From: an uncultured Planctomycetota bacterium
GTDB lineage: Bacteria; Planctomycetota; PLA2; JAEUHO01
Assembly: GCA_963752285.1 (NCBI GenBank)
Contig: CAVVXN010000005.1
Span: 1,120,001-1,184,000, forward strand
DNA length: 64,000 bases
Direction: 5' to 3'
Under the pieces are notes generated by a model. It did no database searches. It saw nothing but the letters and a program-made list of their open reading frames with translations, and was not told where the DNA came from. This document shows, in pieces, positions 18,365 through 27,516 of the stretch (positions are counted from its first letter, which is position 1; each line of letters begins with the position of its first letter). Made by a program: the position numbers and the translations under genes.

Positions 18365-19380
18365 AGCGCGCGCGTCTCGTCGATGCGCTCCTGCCAGGCG
18401 CGCGCGAGGCGCTCGGGCGAGACGATCCGCGCCCGCTGTCCGTACTCGGCGAGCCAGCGGAAGAGGCCCTCCTCGCTCCGGACGATCACCTCGAAGCGCC
18501 CGCGCCCGTCGTCGAGCCGCGTCAGGGTGCCCACGCCGTGGCGCCGCCGCTCCATCAGCCAGGTCGCCGTCGGGTCGAGCTCCAGCACGACCGCGACCTC
18601 GGGGCCCTCCGCGATCTCGAACTCCTCGGTCCCGATGTGGCGGCTGGCGTCGAATCCCTCGGGAACCTCGTACGCGCCGTCCTGGCGGTCCGCCATGGAG
18701 ACGCGGCCGCGGATCCGATCGAGACGGAAGTTCCTCACGTCGTCGCGCGACTCGTCGTGGCCCACGAGGTACCAGTTGCCACCGCCCACGCCGAGGCCCC
18801 ACGGCCGGACGACGCGCGCGCTCGCCGTCTCGGCGTCCGGCGGCTGGTAGCGGAACTGCACACGGCGCCGGCGCCCGAGGGCCTCGCCGAGCACGCCGAG
18901 GTGCACGCGCCCGGGGTCCCGGCCCGGCCGGCCGAGGGTGAGCAGGTGTTGCTCCCCCATCGACGCGCGGAGCGGTTCTGGCAGTCGCGAGTCGATCGTG
19001 AGCTTCGCGAGGGCGCTCTTGAGGTTTCTCCCGATCGGGTCGTCGACCACGCCCATCGTCTGCTGGAGCACCGCGAGGAGCATCGCGTCCTCGGGCTCGA
19101 GTGTCGTCTCGGGCAGGTAGTACCCCTGCGGGTCGATGACGTAGCCGGCCCGTCCGAAGGAGTCTCCGCTCACGTACTCGATGTCCACGCCGATCGAGCG
19201 CAGGTCGGCCTTGTCGCGGTCGAAGCGCTTCTCGACCGCGTCCGGGCTCGCCTGGTCGTCGTAGCCGACCACCCGCCCCCGGATCTCCGCGAAGGGGACC
19301 GGCGCGCGCGCGGAGAGCAGGTACGAAACCAGGTTGAGCTGGCGCTCGAGCTTCAGCACCTTCGGGTCGCCCGCCTTCAC
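18337..19380 (-). CDS. wHTH-WYL-WCX transcriptional regulator, PafB-like
   Basis: ERQLNLVSYLL...KRFDRDKADLRSIG wHTH; NWYLVGHD..RNFRLDRI WYL domain; WLAEYG..IVSPERL WCX domain. Confidence 0.88.
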   Translation of the reverse strand: MKAGDPKVLKLERQLNLVSYLLSARAPVPFAEIRGRVVGYDDQASPDAVEKRFDRDKADLRSIGVDIEYVSGDSFGRAGYVIDPQGYYLPETTLEPEDAMLLAVLQQTMGVVDDPIGRNLKSALAKLTIDSRLPEPLRASMGEQHLLTLGRPGRDPGRVHLGVLGEALGRRRRVQFRYQPPDAETASARVVRPWGLGVGGGNWYLVGHDESRDDVRNFRLDRIRGRVSMADRQDGAYEVPEGFDASRHIGTEEFEIAEGPEVAVVLELDPTATWLMERRRHGVGTLTRLDDGRGRFEVIVRSEEGLFRWLAEYGQRARIVSPERLARAWQERIDETRALYADVPPSA

Positions 19381-20783
19381 CGAACCTCCTTCGCGAGCCA
19401 CCGGCCGTGGCGGAACCATAGCACGTAGGCCACCGCGACCGCGAGGTGCAGGAACACCGGAACGGCCCAGAAGGTCCGGAGGCCCAGCGTGTCGGCGTGC
19501 GCGGCCACCCAGCCGGCCAGGGGGTACCCGATCACCCCGTACGCGAGGGTCTCGATCACGAACGGGAACTTCGTGGCGCCGGCCCCGGCGAGCGCCTGCG
19601 ACACCACGACGGCCACCGCGAGGAAGACGTACCCCGCCGACGAGACGTAGAGGTACGTCCGACCGAGCTGGCGCACGACCTCCGTGTTGACGGTGGGCCC
19701 CACGTCGAACCCCATCAGCCGGAGCAGCGGGTCGGCGAAGAGGACGTAGGCGCCCGCGAAGAGCAGCATCATCGTCATGTTCAGGCCCAGGCTGATCCAC
19801 GTCGCCCGGACGGCGCGGTCCGGCAGGTGGCGGCCCAGGTTCTGGCCCACGAAGGTCGCCGCGGCGGCGCCCCAGCCGAAGCCGCCGAAGAGCGCGAGGC
19901 TGTCGAGGCGGAGCCCGACGCCGAACGCCGCCTGGACCTCGGTCGTGCCCAGGTGGGCGAGCGGGGCCGCGCGCGCGAGGAAGCGCAGGACGTACAAGTA
20001 CGAGAGCATCCGCACGAGCCACTGCGCGCACGACGGGACGCCGATCCGGAGGATCGACCAGACCATCGACCCGCGCCAGGCGAAGCGACGGAGCATCAGG
20101 CCCGCGAAGCCCCGGTAGAGGACGGCCACCCCCACCGCCGCGAAGAGGCCGCGCGAGATGACGGTGGCCCACGCGGCCCCGGCCACGCCCATCGGGGGGA
20201 GCCCGAGTCCGCCGAAGACGAACCAGACGTCCAGCACGATGTTCAGGACGTTGGCGGCCACGATGAGCAGCATGGGGAGCATGCTGTTCCCCGCCGCCCG
20301 CATGGCCCCGGTGACGGTCAGGAGCACGAACATCGTGCCGGTGCCCGCGCTCATGATGGCGAGGTACGCGGTCGCGGGCGCGACGACGGCGCCCTGCGCG
20401 CCGAGGTGAGAGACGATGTCGCCCGCGTAGATCCACGGCGGCACCCCGAACACCACCGACAGGAGCAGGGTCACGAGCAGCCCCTGCTCGGCGGCGAGGC
20501 TCGCGCGGCGCCGGTTGCCGAGGCCGTGGTGCCGGGCCACCAGCGCGATGATCGCGTTCACGATCCCGTTGAAGATGATCATCGGGATCGAGTTGACGAG
20601 CGACGGGATCGTCACCGCCGCGACGGCGACCTCCGGGTGCGGCAGCCGCGCCACGATGACGAGGTCGACGAGGTTGAACAGGGCGGCCAGCATCATGGCC
20701 GCCACGAGGGGGAGCCCGAACGCGAAGATGCCCCTCAAGAGCGGTGCACGCGTGATCCCGGCACCGCTCTCGAGGGGCTCCAC
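19377..20783 (-). CDS. MATE family efflux transporter
   Basis: NLVDLVIV, NIVLDVWFVFG..GVAGAAWAT, FVGQNLG; about 12 TM segments. Confidence 0.9.
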   Translation of the reverse strand: MEPLESGAGITRAPLLRGIFAFGLPLVAAMMLAALFNLVDLVIVARLPHPEVAVAAVTIPSLVNSIPMIIFNGIVNAIIALVARHHGLGNRRRASLAAEQGLLVTLLLSVVFGVPPWIYAGDIVSHLGAQGAVVAPATAYLAIMSAGTGTMFVLLTVTGAMRAAGNSMLPMLLIVAANVLNIVLDVWFVFGGLGLPPMGVAGAAWATVISRGLFAAVGVAVLYRGFAGLMLRRFAWRGSMVWSILRIGVPSCAQWLVRMLSYLYVLRFLARAAPLAHLGTTEVQAAFGVGLRLDSLALFGGFGWGAAAATFVGQNLGRHLPDRAVRATWISLGLNMTMMLLFAGAYVLFADPLLRLMGFDVGPTVNTEVVRQLGRTYLYVSSAGYVFLAVAVVVSQALAGAGATKFPFVIETLAYGVIGYPLAGWVAAHADTLGLRTFWAVPVFLHLAVAVAYVLWFRHGRWLAKEVR

Positions 20784-20807
20784 GTAGGTTCCGGTCTTCC
20801 GGTAGGG

Positions 20808-21917
20808 CTAGACGAGCGCTTCGGCCGGCTCGACGGCGAAGTCGAAGGCCTCGGCGACGCCCCGATGGGTGATCTTGCCCTTCCAGGCGTTCAGCGCGGA
20901 CTTGAGGTGCTTGTCCTCGCGGACCGCCTTCTCGGCGCCGAGGCGCGCGAGCTTGCGGACCCAGGGCAGCGTCGCGTTCGTCAGGGCGAACGTGGACGTG
21001 CGCGGCACCGCGCCCGGCATGTTCGCGACGCCGTAGTGGACGACCCCGTCCACGACGTACGTCGGCTTGTCGTGCGTGGTGGCCTTGGTGGTCTCGCAGC
21101 AGCCGCCCTGGTCCACGGCGATGTCGACGATCGCCGAGCCGTCCTTCATGTAGCGGAGATACGTGCGCGGGACGAGGATCGGGGCCCGTGCGCCCTCGAG
21201 GAGCACCGCGCCCACGACGAGGTCGGCGTACTCGATGCGCGTCCGGATGTTCGCCGGGTTGGAGAACACGGTGGCCACGTTCTTCGGCATGACGTCGTCG
21301 AGGTAGCGCAGCCGCTCGAGGTCCACGTCCATGATCGTGACCGACGCGCCGAGGCCGGCGGCCATCTTGGCCGCGTTCGTGCCCACGACGCCACCGCCCA
21401 GGATCAGGACGTTCGCGGGCTCGACGCCGGGGACGCCGCCGAGGAGCACGCCGCGCCCGCCGTGTTCGCGCTCGAGGCACGACGCGCCGACCTGGATCGC
21501 CATCCGGCCCGCGACCTCGCTCATCGGCGTCAGGAGCGGCAGGCGGCCGTTCACCTCGAGCGTCTCGTAGGTGAAGCACGCGGACCCGGCCTTCAGCATC
21601 GCCTCGGTCAGCTCGCGCGCGGCCGCGAAGTGGAAGTACGTGAAGATCGTGAGGTCCGAGCGGGCCCAGCCGAACTCCGGCGGCAGCGGCTCCTTGACCT
21701 TGACGATCATCTGGGCCTTCGCCCAGACGTCCGCGGCCTTGTCGATCAGCGTGGCTCCCGCCTGGGTGTACTCCTCGTCGGAGATCCCGCTCCCGAGGCC
21801 CGCGCCGCGCTCGATCATGACCTCGTGACCGTCCTGGACGAGCGACTGGACGCCGCCCGGAACGATGGCGACTCGACCCTCGAGCGCCTTGATCTCCTTC
21901 GGAACGCCGATCCGCAT
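20808..21917 (-). CDS. ald: alanine dehydrogenase
   Basis: [48 protein letters not shown]. Confidence 0.96.
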   Translation of the reverse strand: MRIGVPKEIKALEGRVAIVPGGVQSLVQDGHEVMIERGAGLGSGISDEEYTQAGATLIDKAADVWAKAQMIVKVKEPLPPEFGWARSDLTIFTYFHFAAARELTEAMLKAGSACFTYETLEVNGRLPLLTPMSEVAGRMAIQVGASCLEREHGGRGVLLGGVPGVEPANVLILGGGVVGTNAAKMAAGLGASVTIMDVDLERLRYLDDVMPKNVATVFSNPANIRTRIEYADLVVGAVLLEGARAPILVPRTYLRYMKDGSAIVDIAVDQGGCCETTKATTHDKPTYVVDGVVHYGVANMPGAVPRTSTFALTNATLPWVRKLARLGAEKAVREDKHLKSALNAWKGKITHRGVAEAFDFAVEPAEALV

Positions 21918-22104
21918 GACTACCTCCAAGCGGCGCCTGGTCCGGCGGCGCCTTGTACGAAGTCCCGGGAGTATAGGGCGTTCGAGGTTTCCGGTCGCGC
22001 CCGGGAGGCGGTGCCCGACGGGACGCCGGGCCGGGTCCGACGCGGTCGCCACCCGGCTTCGGTCCCGGCCGGGGGCCCCGATCGTTCGGCTGCGAATGGA
22101 CCGT

Positions 22105-22839
22105 TCACCGCGGGGGAAAGCCCATGCCCGGATAGCCCCCCAGCGTCTTCGCGATCTTCTCGGCATCGTCGGGGGTGACGCCCCGGATGCGGCTCACCGT
22201 GGCCTGGAAGTCGGCATGGCTCTGGACGAGCACGTCCCTCCGCCTCTCGGCGTCCCACTTCTCGCGCGCCGCCTGCATCATGACGTCCCGGTTCTTCTCC
22301 CGATACGTGCGCGTCGCGGCGACCACCGCGGCCCGCGGCTCGGCGTCGAGCATCACACCGGCGCGCTCGAGCACGTTCTCGATGCTCTTCCTCTCTCTCT
22401 CTTCGCGGTCGCGCCGCGACACCTCGTCCCGCAGCGCGCGGAACCACGCGATCTCCTCGGGGTCGAACTCGTCCTTCCCTCCGGCCTCCCTCGGCTCGAC
22501 GCTCGCCGGCGTCTCGACGCCGGAGGTGCCCGCGTCGCCCGCGGACGCGTCCGGCTCCTTCGTCTCGCCGGCGCGCGACGACTCGATCTTCTCCAACCGC
22601 TCCTCGAGCCGGCGCATGCGAGCGAGGAGGGTCTCGTAGGCCTGCCCGTCGAGCGCGGCGGGCGGCCGCACGTCGGGCGAGGGCAGCGCGGGTGTCGCCG
22701 ACGGTGGGGTGGTGACGGGGATCCGGGCGCCCTCCCCCAGGGCGGGCCCGGTGACGCGGTCGGACCGCAGGAAGAGGTCGTAGGTCAGGATCCCGGCGGC
22801 CACGAGCGCTGCGGTAACGAGAACCTGGACGAGGCGCAT
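22105..22839 (-). CDS. hypothetical membrane-anchored coiled-coil protein
   Basis: N-terminal hydrophobic anchor, charged helical body, GGAGAG RBS. Confidence 0.65.
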   Translation of the reverse strand: MRLVQVLVTAALVAAGILTYDLFLRSDRVTGPALGEGARIPVTTPPSATPALPSPDVRPPAALDGQAYETLLARMRRLEERLEKIESSRAGETKEPDASAGDAGTSGVETPASVEPREAGGKDEFDPEEIAWFRALRDEVSRRDREERERKSIENVLERAGVMLDAEPRAAVVAATRTYREKNRDVMMQAAREKWDAERRRDVLVQSHADFQATVSRIRGVTPDDAEKIAKTLGGYPGMGFPPR

Positions 22840-22902
22840 CGGAGACTCTCCCGGGACCACGGGCGATCCTATCGACGCCCGCCGGCCCCCGTGCGGCGCG
22901 CA

Positions 22903-22932
22903 TTCGACGCCGGCGCCACCCCCTGGTATACC
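22903..22932 (+). promoter_or_regulatory. possible sigma70-type promoter for tRNA-Val
   Basis: TTCGAC...TGG-TATACC ending about 20 nt upstream of the tRNA; imperfect match. Confidence 0.35.
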
Positions 22933-22951
22933 CGTCGCCGCATCGACCCCG

Positions 22952-23028
22952 GGGCGTTTAGCTCAGTTGGCTAGAGCACCAGCTCGACAAGCTGGGGGTC
23001 ACTGGTTCGAGTCCAGTAACGCCCACCA
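22952..23028 (+). tRNA. tRNA-Val(GAC)
   Basis: Acceptor stem GGGCGTT/AACGCCC, D arm GCTC..GAGC, anticodon arm CCAGC-TC-GAC-AA-GCTGG, T arm ACTGG-TTCGAGT-CCAGT, encoded CCA. Confidence 0.97.
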
Positions 23029-23760
23029 CTTCTTCGGTCGGAGCTCCCAGGTCGCGCGCTTCGTCGCCCGTCGATCGGTCTTCGTCGGACTCGAACCCGC
23101 GACCCCCACGGGGTCGATCATCCTGGGGGGCCGAGCCCCCCAGACCCCCACCGGTTCGAGTCCAGTAACGCCCACCACTTCTTCGGTCGGAGCTCCCAGG
23201 TCGCGCGCTTCGTCGCCCGTCGATCGGTCTTCGTCGGACTCGAACCCGCGACCCCCACGGGGTCGATCATCCTGGGGGGCCGAGCCCTTGAGACCCCCAC
23301 CGGTTCGAGTCCAGGAACGCCCACCACTTCTTCGGTCGGAGCTCCCAGGTCGCGCGCTTCGTCGCTCGTCGATCGGTCTTCGTCGGACTCGAACCCGCGA
23401 CCCCCACGGGGTCGATCATCCTGGGGGGCCGAGCCCTTGAGACCCCCACCGGTTCGAGTCCAGGAACGCCCACCACTTCTTCGGTCGGAGCTCCCAGGTC
23501 GCGCGCTTCGTCGCCCGTCGATCGGTCTTCGTCGGACTCGAACCCGCGACCCCCACGGGGTCGATCATCCTGGGGGGCCGAGCCCTCGAGACCCCCACCG
23601 GTTCGAGTCCAGGAACGCCCACCACTTCTTCGGTCGGAGCTCTCAGGTCGCGCGCTTCGTCGCCCGTCGATCGGTCTTCGTCGGACGCGAACCCGCGACC
23701 CCCAGGGGGTCGATCATCCTGGGGGGCCGAGCCCTTGAGACCCCCACCGGTTCGCGCTCC
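23004..23760 (+). repeat. tRNA-linked tandem array: 5 x 149-bp units plus a partial sixth start
   Basis: Units start at 23004, 23153, 23302, 23451 and 23600 (partial at 23749). Each begins with the tRNA 3' 25 nt GGTTCGAGTCCAG(T/G)AACGCCCACCA; few substitutions between units. Confidence 0.97.
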
Positions 23761-23871
23761 GTAGCGCGCGCCCTGTACTCGCTCGACCCGTCGCGGTCGC
23801 AGAGCGCGCGCTCTGTCGGTCGATCGCCTGCGGTTCCTTCTCTACCCGGGCGGGCGTGTTGCCATCGAAGG

Positions 23872-24210
23872 GTGCTCGTCTCCGTCTCCGCCCTCGGCTC
23901 GGCCGCGATCGCGTACGCGACGCACGTCCTCGCCGGTTGGCCGGCGTGCGCGGTGGCCGCGGTGTTCTGCGCCGGGATGTCGGCCTTGACCTTCGTGTAC
24001 TTCGGCGTGGACAAGGCCCGGGCGCGTTCCGGCGGACGCCGCATCCGCGAGGCGGATCTCCTCGGGGCCGCGCTGCTCGGCGGCGCGTTCGGGGCGCTCC
24101 TCGGCATGCGTCGCTTCCGCCACAAGACGCGCCACCTCCGCTTCCGGATCTTCGTGCCGACGCTGCTCCTGCTGCAGGTGGCGCTCCTCGCCTACGCCGC
24201 GTCCCGGTAG
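23872..24210 (+). CDS. DUF1294-family small membrane protein
   Basis: FVYFGVDKARA....RIRE..L...LLGGAFGALLGMRRFRHKT signature; start uncertain. Confidence 0.85.
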   Translation: MLVSVSALGSAAIAYATHVLAGWPACAVAAVFCAGMSALTFVYFGVDKARARSGGRRIREADLLGAALLGGAFGALLGMRRFRHKTRHLRFRIFVPTLLLLQVALLAYAASR

Positions 24211-24288
24211 TCGTCTCCGGAAGGCGGCGCCCCGCCCTCGACCGCGGTTCCGAGCGGGGCGCGGCCGATCGCGCCGGCGAACGTGCGC

Positions 24289-25146
24289 CTACTCTCGGAG
24301 GTCGAAGACGACGTCGGAAGCGCCGCTCTCGATCGACTTCACGACGGGCACCGTGACGCGGCCCCGGGCGAACCACGCCGCCACCCGGTACGCGCCCTCC
24401 GGCAGCTCGGAGACGACGAACGATCCGTCCGCCCCGATCTTCGCGCGTCCGACCGCGAAGTGCGGGTAGGCCTCGACCGAGACCTCGACCCGCGGGAGCG
24501 ACTCCGCCGAGGCCACCAGGAGCCGGCCGCGGATCTGCCGACCCTCGGTCGCCAGAACGCGCTGCTCGTCCTCGCCCGTGCGAAGTCCGCCTCGACGAAC
24601 GGGATGGCCCTCGTCGGCGACGGCCCACACCTCGAGATCGCGATCCGACGGAAGTCGAACGAAGCGCGTCCAGCCGTCGGCGCGGATCGGCGCGTAGCGG
24701 ACCGGACGCCTTCCGTCGGGCTCCTGCCACACGAGACGCGCGTAGCGCGGCTCGCCCGGCGGCGCGACGTAGCCCTCGATTCGCAGGAAGAGCTCGGGAC
24801 CCGGGTCGAGCACGACCCGGAGATCGGCGACGCCCGCCGTGGTCTCGACCCGAACGCCCGCGGCCGAGGTCAGGTTCGCTTCGCCGGGGATCACGCGCAG
24901 CGTGAGCTTTCCCTCCGGAACGCCGTCGATCCGAAACCGCCCGTCGGGACCCGAACGCCACCACGCCACGCCGCCCGTCCGGTTCCGGTAGCCCTCGCGC
25001 GTGATCCATACGCCCGGAATCGCCCGGCCCTTGGCGTCCTGGACGACGCCGACGACGGTCGTGGCGGGACCCGCCACGACGACGCGGAAGGCGAACACGG
25101 TCGCGCACGCACATCCGACGAGAGTGAGGAGATCCCGGGCTCGCAC
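24289..25146 (-). CDS. exported protein with carboxypeptidase-regulatory-like (beta-sandwich) repeats
   Basis: GVVQDAKGRAIPGVWI..SGPDGRFRIDGVPEG and ADGSFVVSELPEGAYRV repeats; hydrophobic N-terminus; start uncertain. Confidence 0.65.
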   Translation of the reverse strand: MRARDLLTLVGCACATVFAFRVVVAGPATTVVGVVQDAKGRAIPGVWITREGYRNRTGGVAWWRSGPDGRFRIDGVPEGKLTLRVIPGEANLTSAAGVRVETTAGVADLRVVLDPGPELFLRIEGYVAPPGEPRYARLVWQEPDGRRPVRYAPIRADGWTRFVRLPSDRDLEVWAVADEGHPVRRGGLRTGEDEQRVLATEGRQIRGRLLVASAESLPRVEVSVEAYPHFAVGRAKIGADGSFVVSELPEGAYRVAAWFARGRVTVPVVKSIESGASDVVFDLRE

Positions 25147-25441
25147 ACGGCAGATCGTGACTTCTTCTGCGATCGCTGGCAAGGGGCTGGTCCCGCCGGG
25201 ATGCGAAGACGCGGTTTCGTCGCCTCGAGCTCCTCTCAGCGGCCGTCTCGGGGGGTCGTGAGGCCTCGTCCGCGCTCCGGGAGAGGGTGCGGGTCCGCCG
25301 CCTCGGCGCCACGGACGCGATCGTGTTCGCCGCCGAGGTCCTCGCGAGCGTCGTTCCGGTCCGAGCCGGCCCACAGAGGGGCGGCCCTGCGTGTGCGGGC
25401 TCCGCCCGGCGGGCAGCGGTACATTCCCCGCCGGAGACTCG

Positions 25442-25870
25442 ATGACCCGCGAGAACCTGCAGGAGATCCTGGCCGCGCTCGTCCCGTTCGGGAAACAGCA
25501 GATCGAGGACCGCGGCGCGTGTCCGCCCGTCGCCGCGAGCCTCGACGGCGGAGGCGACATCGACCTCCACCTCCCCCCCGTCGGCGAGGGTGGCGAGTCC
25601 GGGGCGCTCCTCGACCTCCTCAAGGAGACGCTCCGCCAGGGCGTTCGGGAGGGGCGCTACGAGGCGACGGGACTCCTGATGGAGGTGCGCGCGGAGCGGA
25701 TGGGAGACCCCCACCCCGTGGACGCGCTCTGCATCCACCTGGAGGGCCCCGGCGAGGCGATCCAGTGCTTCGTCCCCTACGACCGGGACGACGACGGCGC
25801 GCCGGTGTGGGGCGAGACCTTCTTCGGCCCCGCCGACGCCGAGGTGTTCCCCGCGAACGGCGCGGCGTAG
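25442..25870 (+). CDS. hypothetical protein
   Basis: GGAG RBS, acidic protein-like composition (DALCIHLE..CFVPYD). Confidence 0.7.
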   Translation: MTRENLQEILAALVPFGKQQIEDRGACPPVAASLDGGGDIDLHLPPVGEGGESGALLDLLKETLRQGVREGRYEATGLLMEVRAERMGDPHPVDALCIHLEGPGEAIQCFVPYDRDDDGAPVWGETFFGPADAEVFPANGAA

Positions 25871-26015
25871 CGCCACGAGGCCGGGTCGCAGCCGACGGGC
25901 GGGGTGCGAGGGTCCGGGGGGCCCCGGCGCGGGTGGACCGCGCGATCGCCGAGCGCGCGTCCCCGCGTGACGGCACGGCGCGCGGGCCCGCGCGACCGCG
26001 TGGCGCGCGACACAC

Positions 26016-27368
26016 CTACTCGACGTCGTAGTCCTTCATCTTCTCCCACAGGTTCTTGCGGGAGATCCCCAGCATGTGCGCCGCGTTCGCGCGGTGGCCG
26101 TTCGAGGCCTTGAGCGCGCGTCGGATCGCCTGCTTCTCGGACTCGCGCACGACCTCGCGCAGCGTCAGCACGGGGCCGCCGTCGGGCTCGTCGCCGGCGC
26201 GGCGCCGCCGGCGCGCGGCCTCCTCGAGCAGGTGGTCTCGCGTCAGCTCCTCGCGGGGACCCGCGAGGGCCACGGCGCGCTCCACGGCGTTCTCGAGCTC
26301 GCGCACGTTGCCCCGCCACGGGAAGGCGCAGAGCTCGGCCATCACCTCGGGCGGGATCGTGTGCGTGCGACCGCGGGCGTACTTCTCGAGGAAGTGCTCC
26401 ACGAGCAACGGCACGTCGCCGTCCCGTTCGCGGAGCGGCGGGAGGTTCACCGGAACGACGTTCAGGCGGTAGTAGAGGTCCTCGCGGAACTCGCCGTCCT
26501 CGACCGCTTCTCCGAGATCCACCTTCGTCGCGGCGATGACGCGCACGTCCACGGGGACCGCGTGGCGCGAGCCGAGGGGCTCCACCACGCCCTCCTGCAG
26601 GACGCGAAGCAGCTTCACCTGCGTCTCGAGCGGCATGTCGTCGATGTCGTCGAGGAAGAGCGTGCCGCTGTTCGCGAGCTCGAACTTGCCGGGCTTTCGT
26701 TCCTTCGCGTCCGTGAACGCGCCGCGCTCGTGCCCGAAGATCTCGTCCTCGAGCAGCGGCGCGGGAATCGCGGCGCAGGCGAGCGGCACGAACGGCCCCT
26801 TCGCGCGAGGCGAGATGTCGTGGATGGCGCGGGCCACGCGCTCCTTGCCCGTTCCCGACTCGCCCAGGATGAGCACGCGGGCGTCGGTGTCGGCGACGGT
26901 CCGGATCCGCTCGATGACCCGCTGCATCGCGGGGCTGCGGCCGATGATCTGCGCCAGGCCCTGCTCGCGGTCCAGGGCCTGCCGCAGTCGCGCGTTCTCG
27001 TCCTTGAGGCGGCGGAACTCCTCGATCTTCCCCAGGGCGACCAGGATCTCGTCGTTGTCGAAGGGTTTCAGGATGTAGTCGAAGGCGCCCTTCTTGATCG
27101 CGTCCACGGCCGACTCGATCGTGCCGTAGCCCGTGATGATCACGACCTCCGTGTCCTTGCCGGACGACTTGACCTCCTCCAGGAGCTCGACCCCGTTCGC
27201 CTGCGGCATCCGGATGTCGGTGACCAGGACGTCGTACTCCGCGGTCCTCAGGGCCTGGCGGGCCTGGCCCCCGTCGGAGACCACCTTCACCTGGTGGCCG
27301 GCGCGCGCCAGGTCGTCGGCCAGGGTGATGGCGATCGCACGTTCGTCGTCGGCGAGTAGGATCCGCAA
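26016..27368 (-). CDS. sigma54-dependent response regulator (NtrC/AtoC family)
   Basis: REC domain (DD, DIRMP, KPF), GESGTGKE, GAFTDA, FREDLYYRLNV, Fis-type HTH. Confidence 0.93.
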   Translation of the reverse strand: MRILLADDERAIAITLADDLARAGHQVKVVSDGGQARQALRTAEYDVLVTDIRMPQANGVELLEEVKSSGKDTEVVIITGYGTIESAVDAIKKGAFDYILKPFDNDEILVALGKIEEFRRLKDENARLRQALDREQGLAQIIGRSPAMQRVIERIRTVADTDARVLILGESGTGKERVARAIHDISPRAKGPFVPLACAAIPAPLLEDEIFGHERGAFTDAKERKPGKFELANSGTLFLDDIDDMPLETQVKLLRVLQEGVVEPLGSRHAVPVDVRVIAATKVDLGEAVEDGEFREDLYYRLNVVPVNLPPLRERDGDVPLLVEHFLEKYARGRTHTIPPEVMAELCAFPWRGNVRELENAVERAVALAGPREELTRDHLLEEAARRRRRAGDEPDGGPVLTLREVVRESEKQAIRRALKASNGHRANAAHMLGISRKNLWEKMKDYDVE

Positions 27369-27516
27369 GGCACGCCCTTCGCTTGGGATTCGGGTCGGGG
27401 GGAGCCGGATTGTATGCTCGGGCGGCCGTCCGGCCCGACGAACCTAAGGAGGCCAGGGGGGGATCGTGGGGGCAGGCAGGACTCGCCGCACTCCTCGGGA
27501 TCCCGATGGCGAGCAG

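Noticed and set aside
23118..23625. Three repeated 69-aa minus-strand ORFs and overlapping plus-strand ORFs
   Set aside because: They are by-products of the 149-bp period, antisense to or overlapping the tRNA end, with no family motif.
23153..23748. Additional tRNA genes within the array
   Set aside because: The units lack the 5' acceptor strand, D arm and anticodon arm.
23004..23760. CRISPR array interpretation of the 149-bp repeats
   Set aside because: The would-be spacers are nearly identical to each other and 124 nt long, and no cas genes are in the window.
23761..25870. tRNA-anchored genomic island
   Set aside because: No integrase, no distal att copy recognised and no obvious compositional shift.
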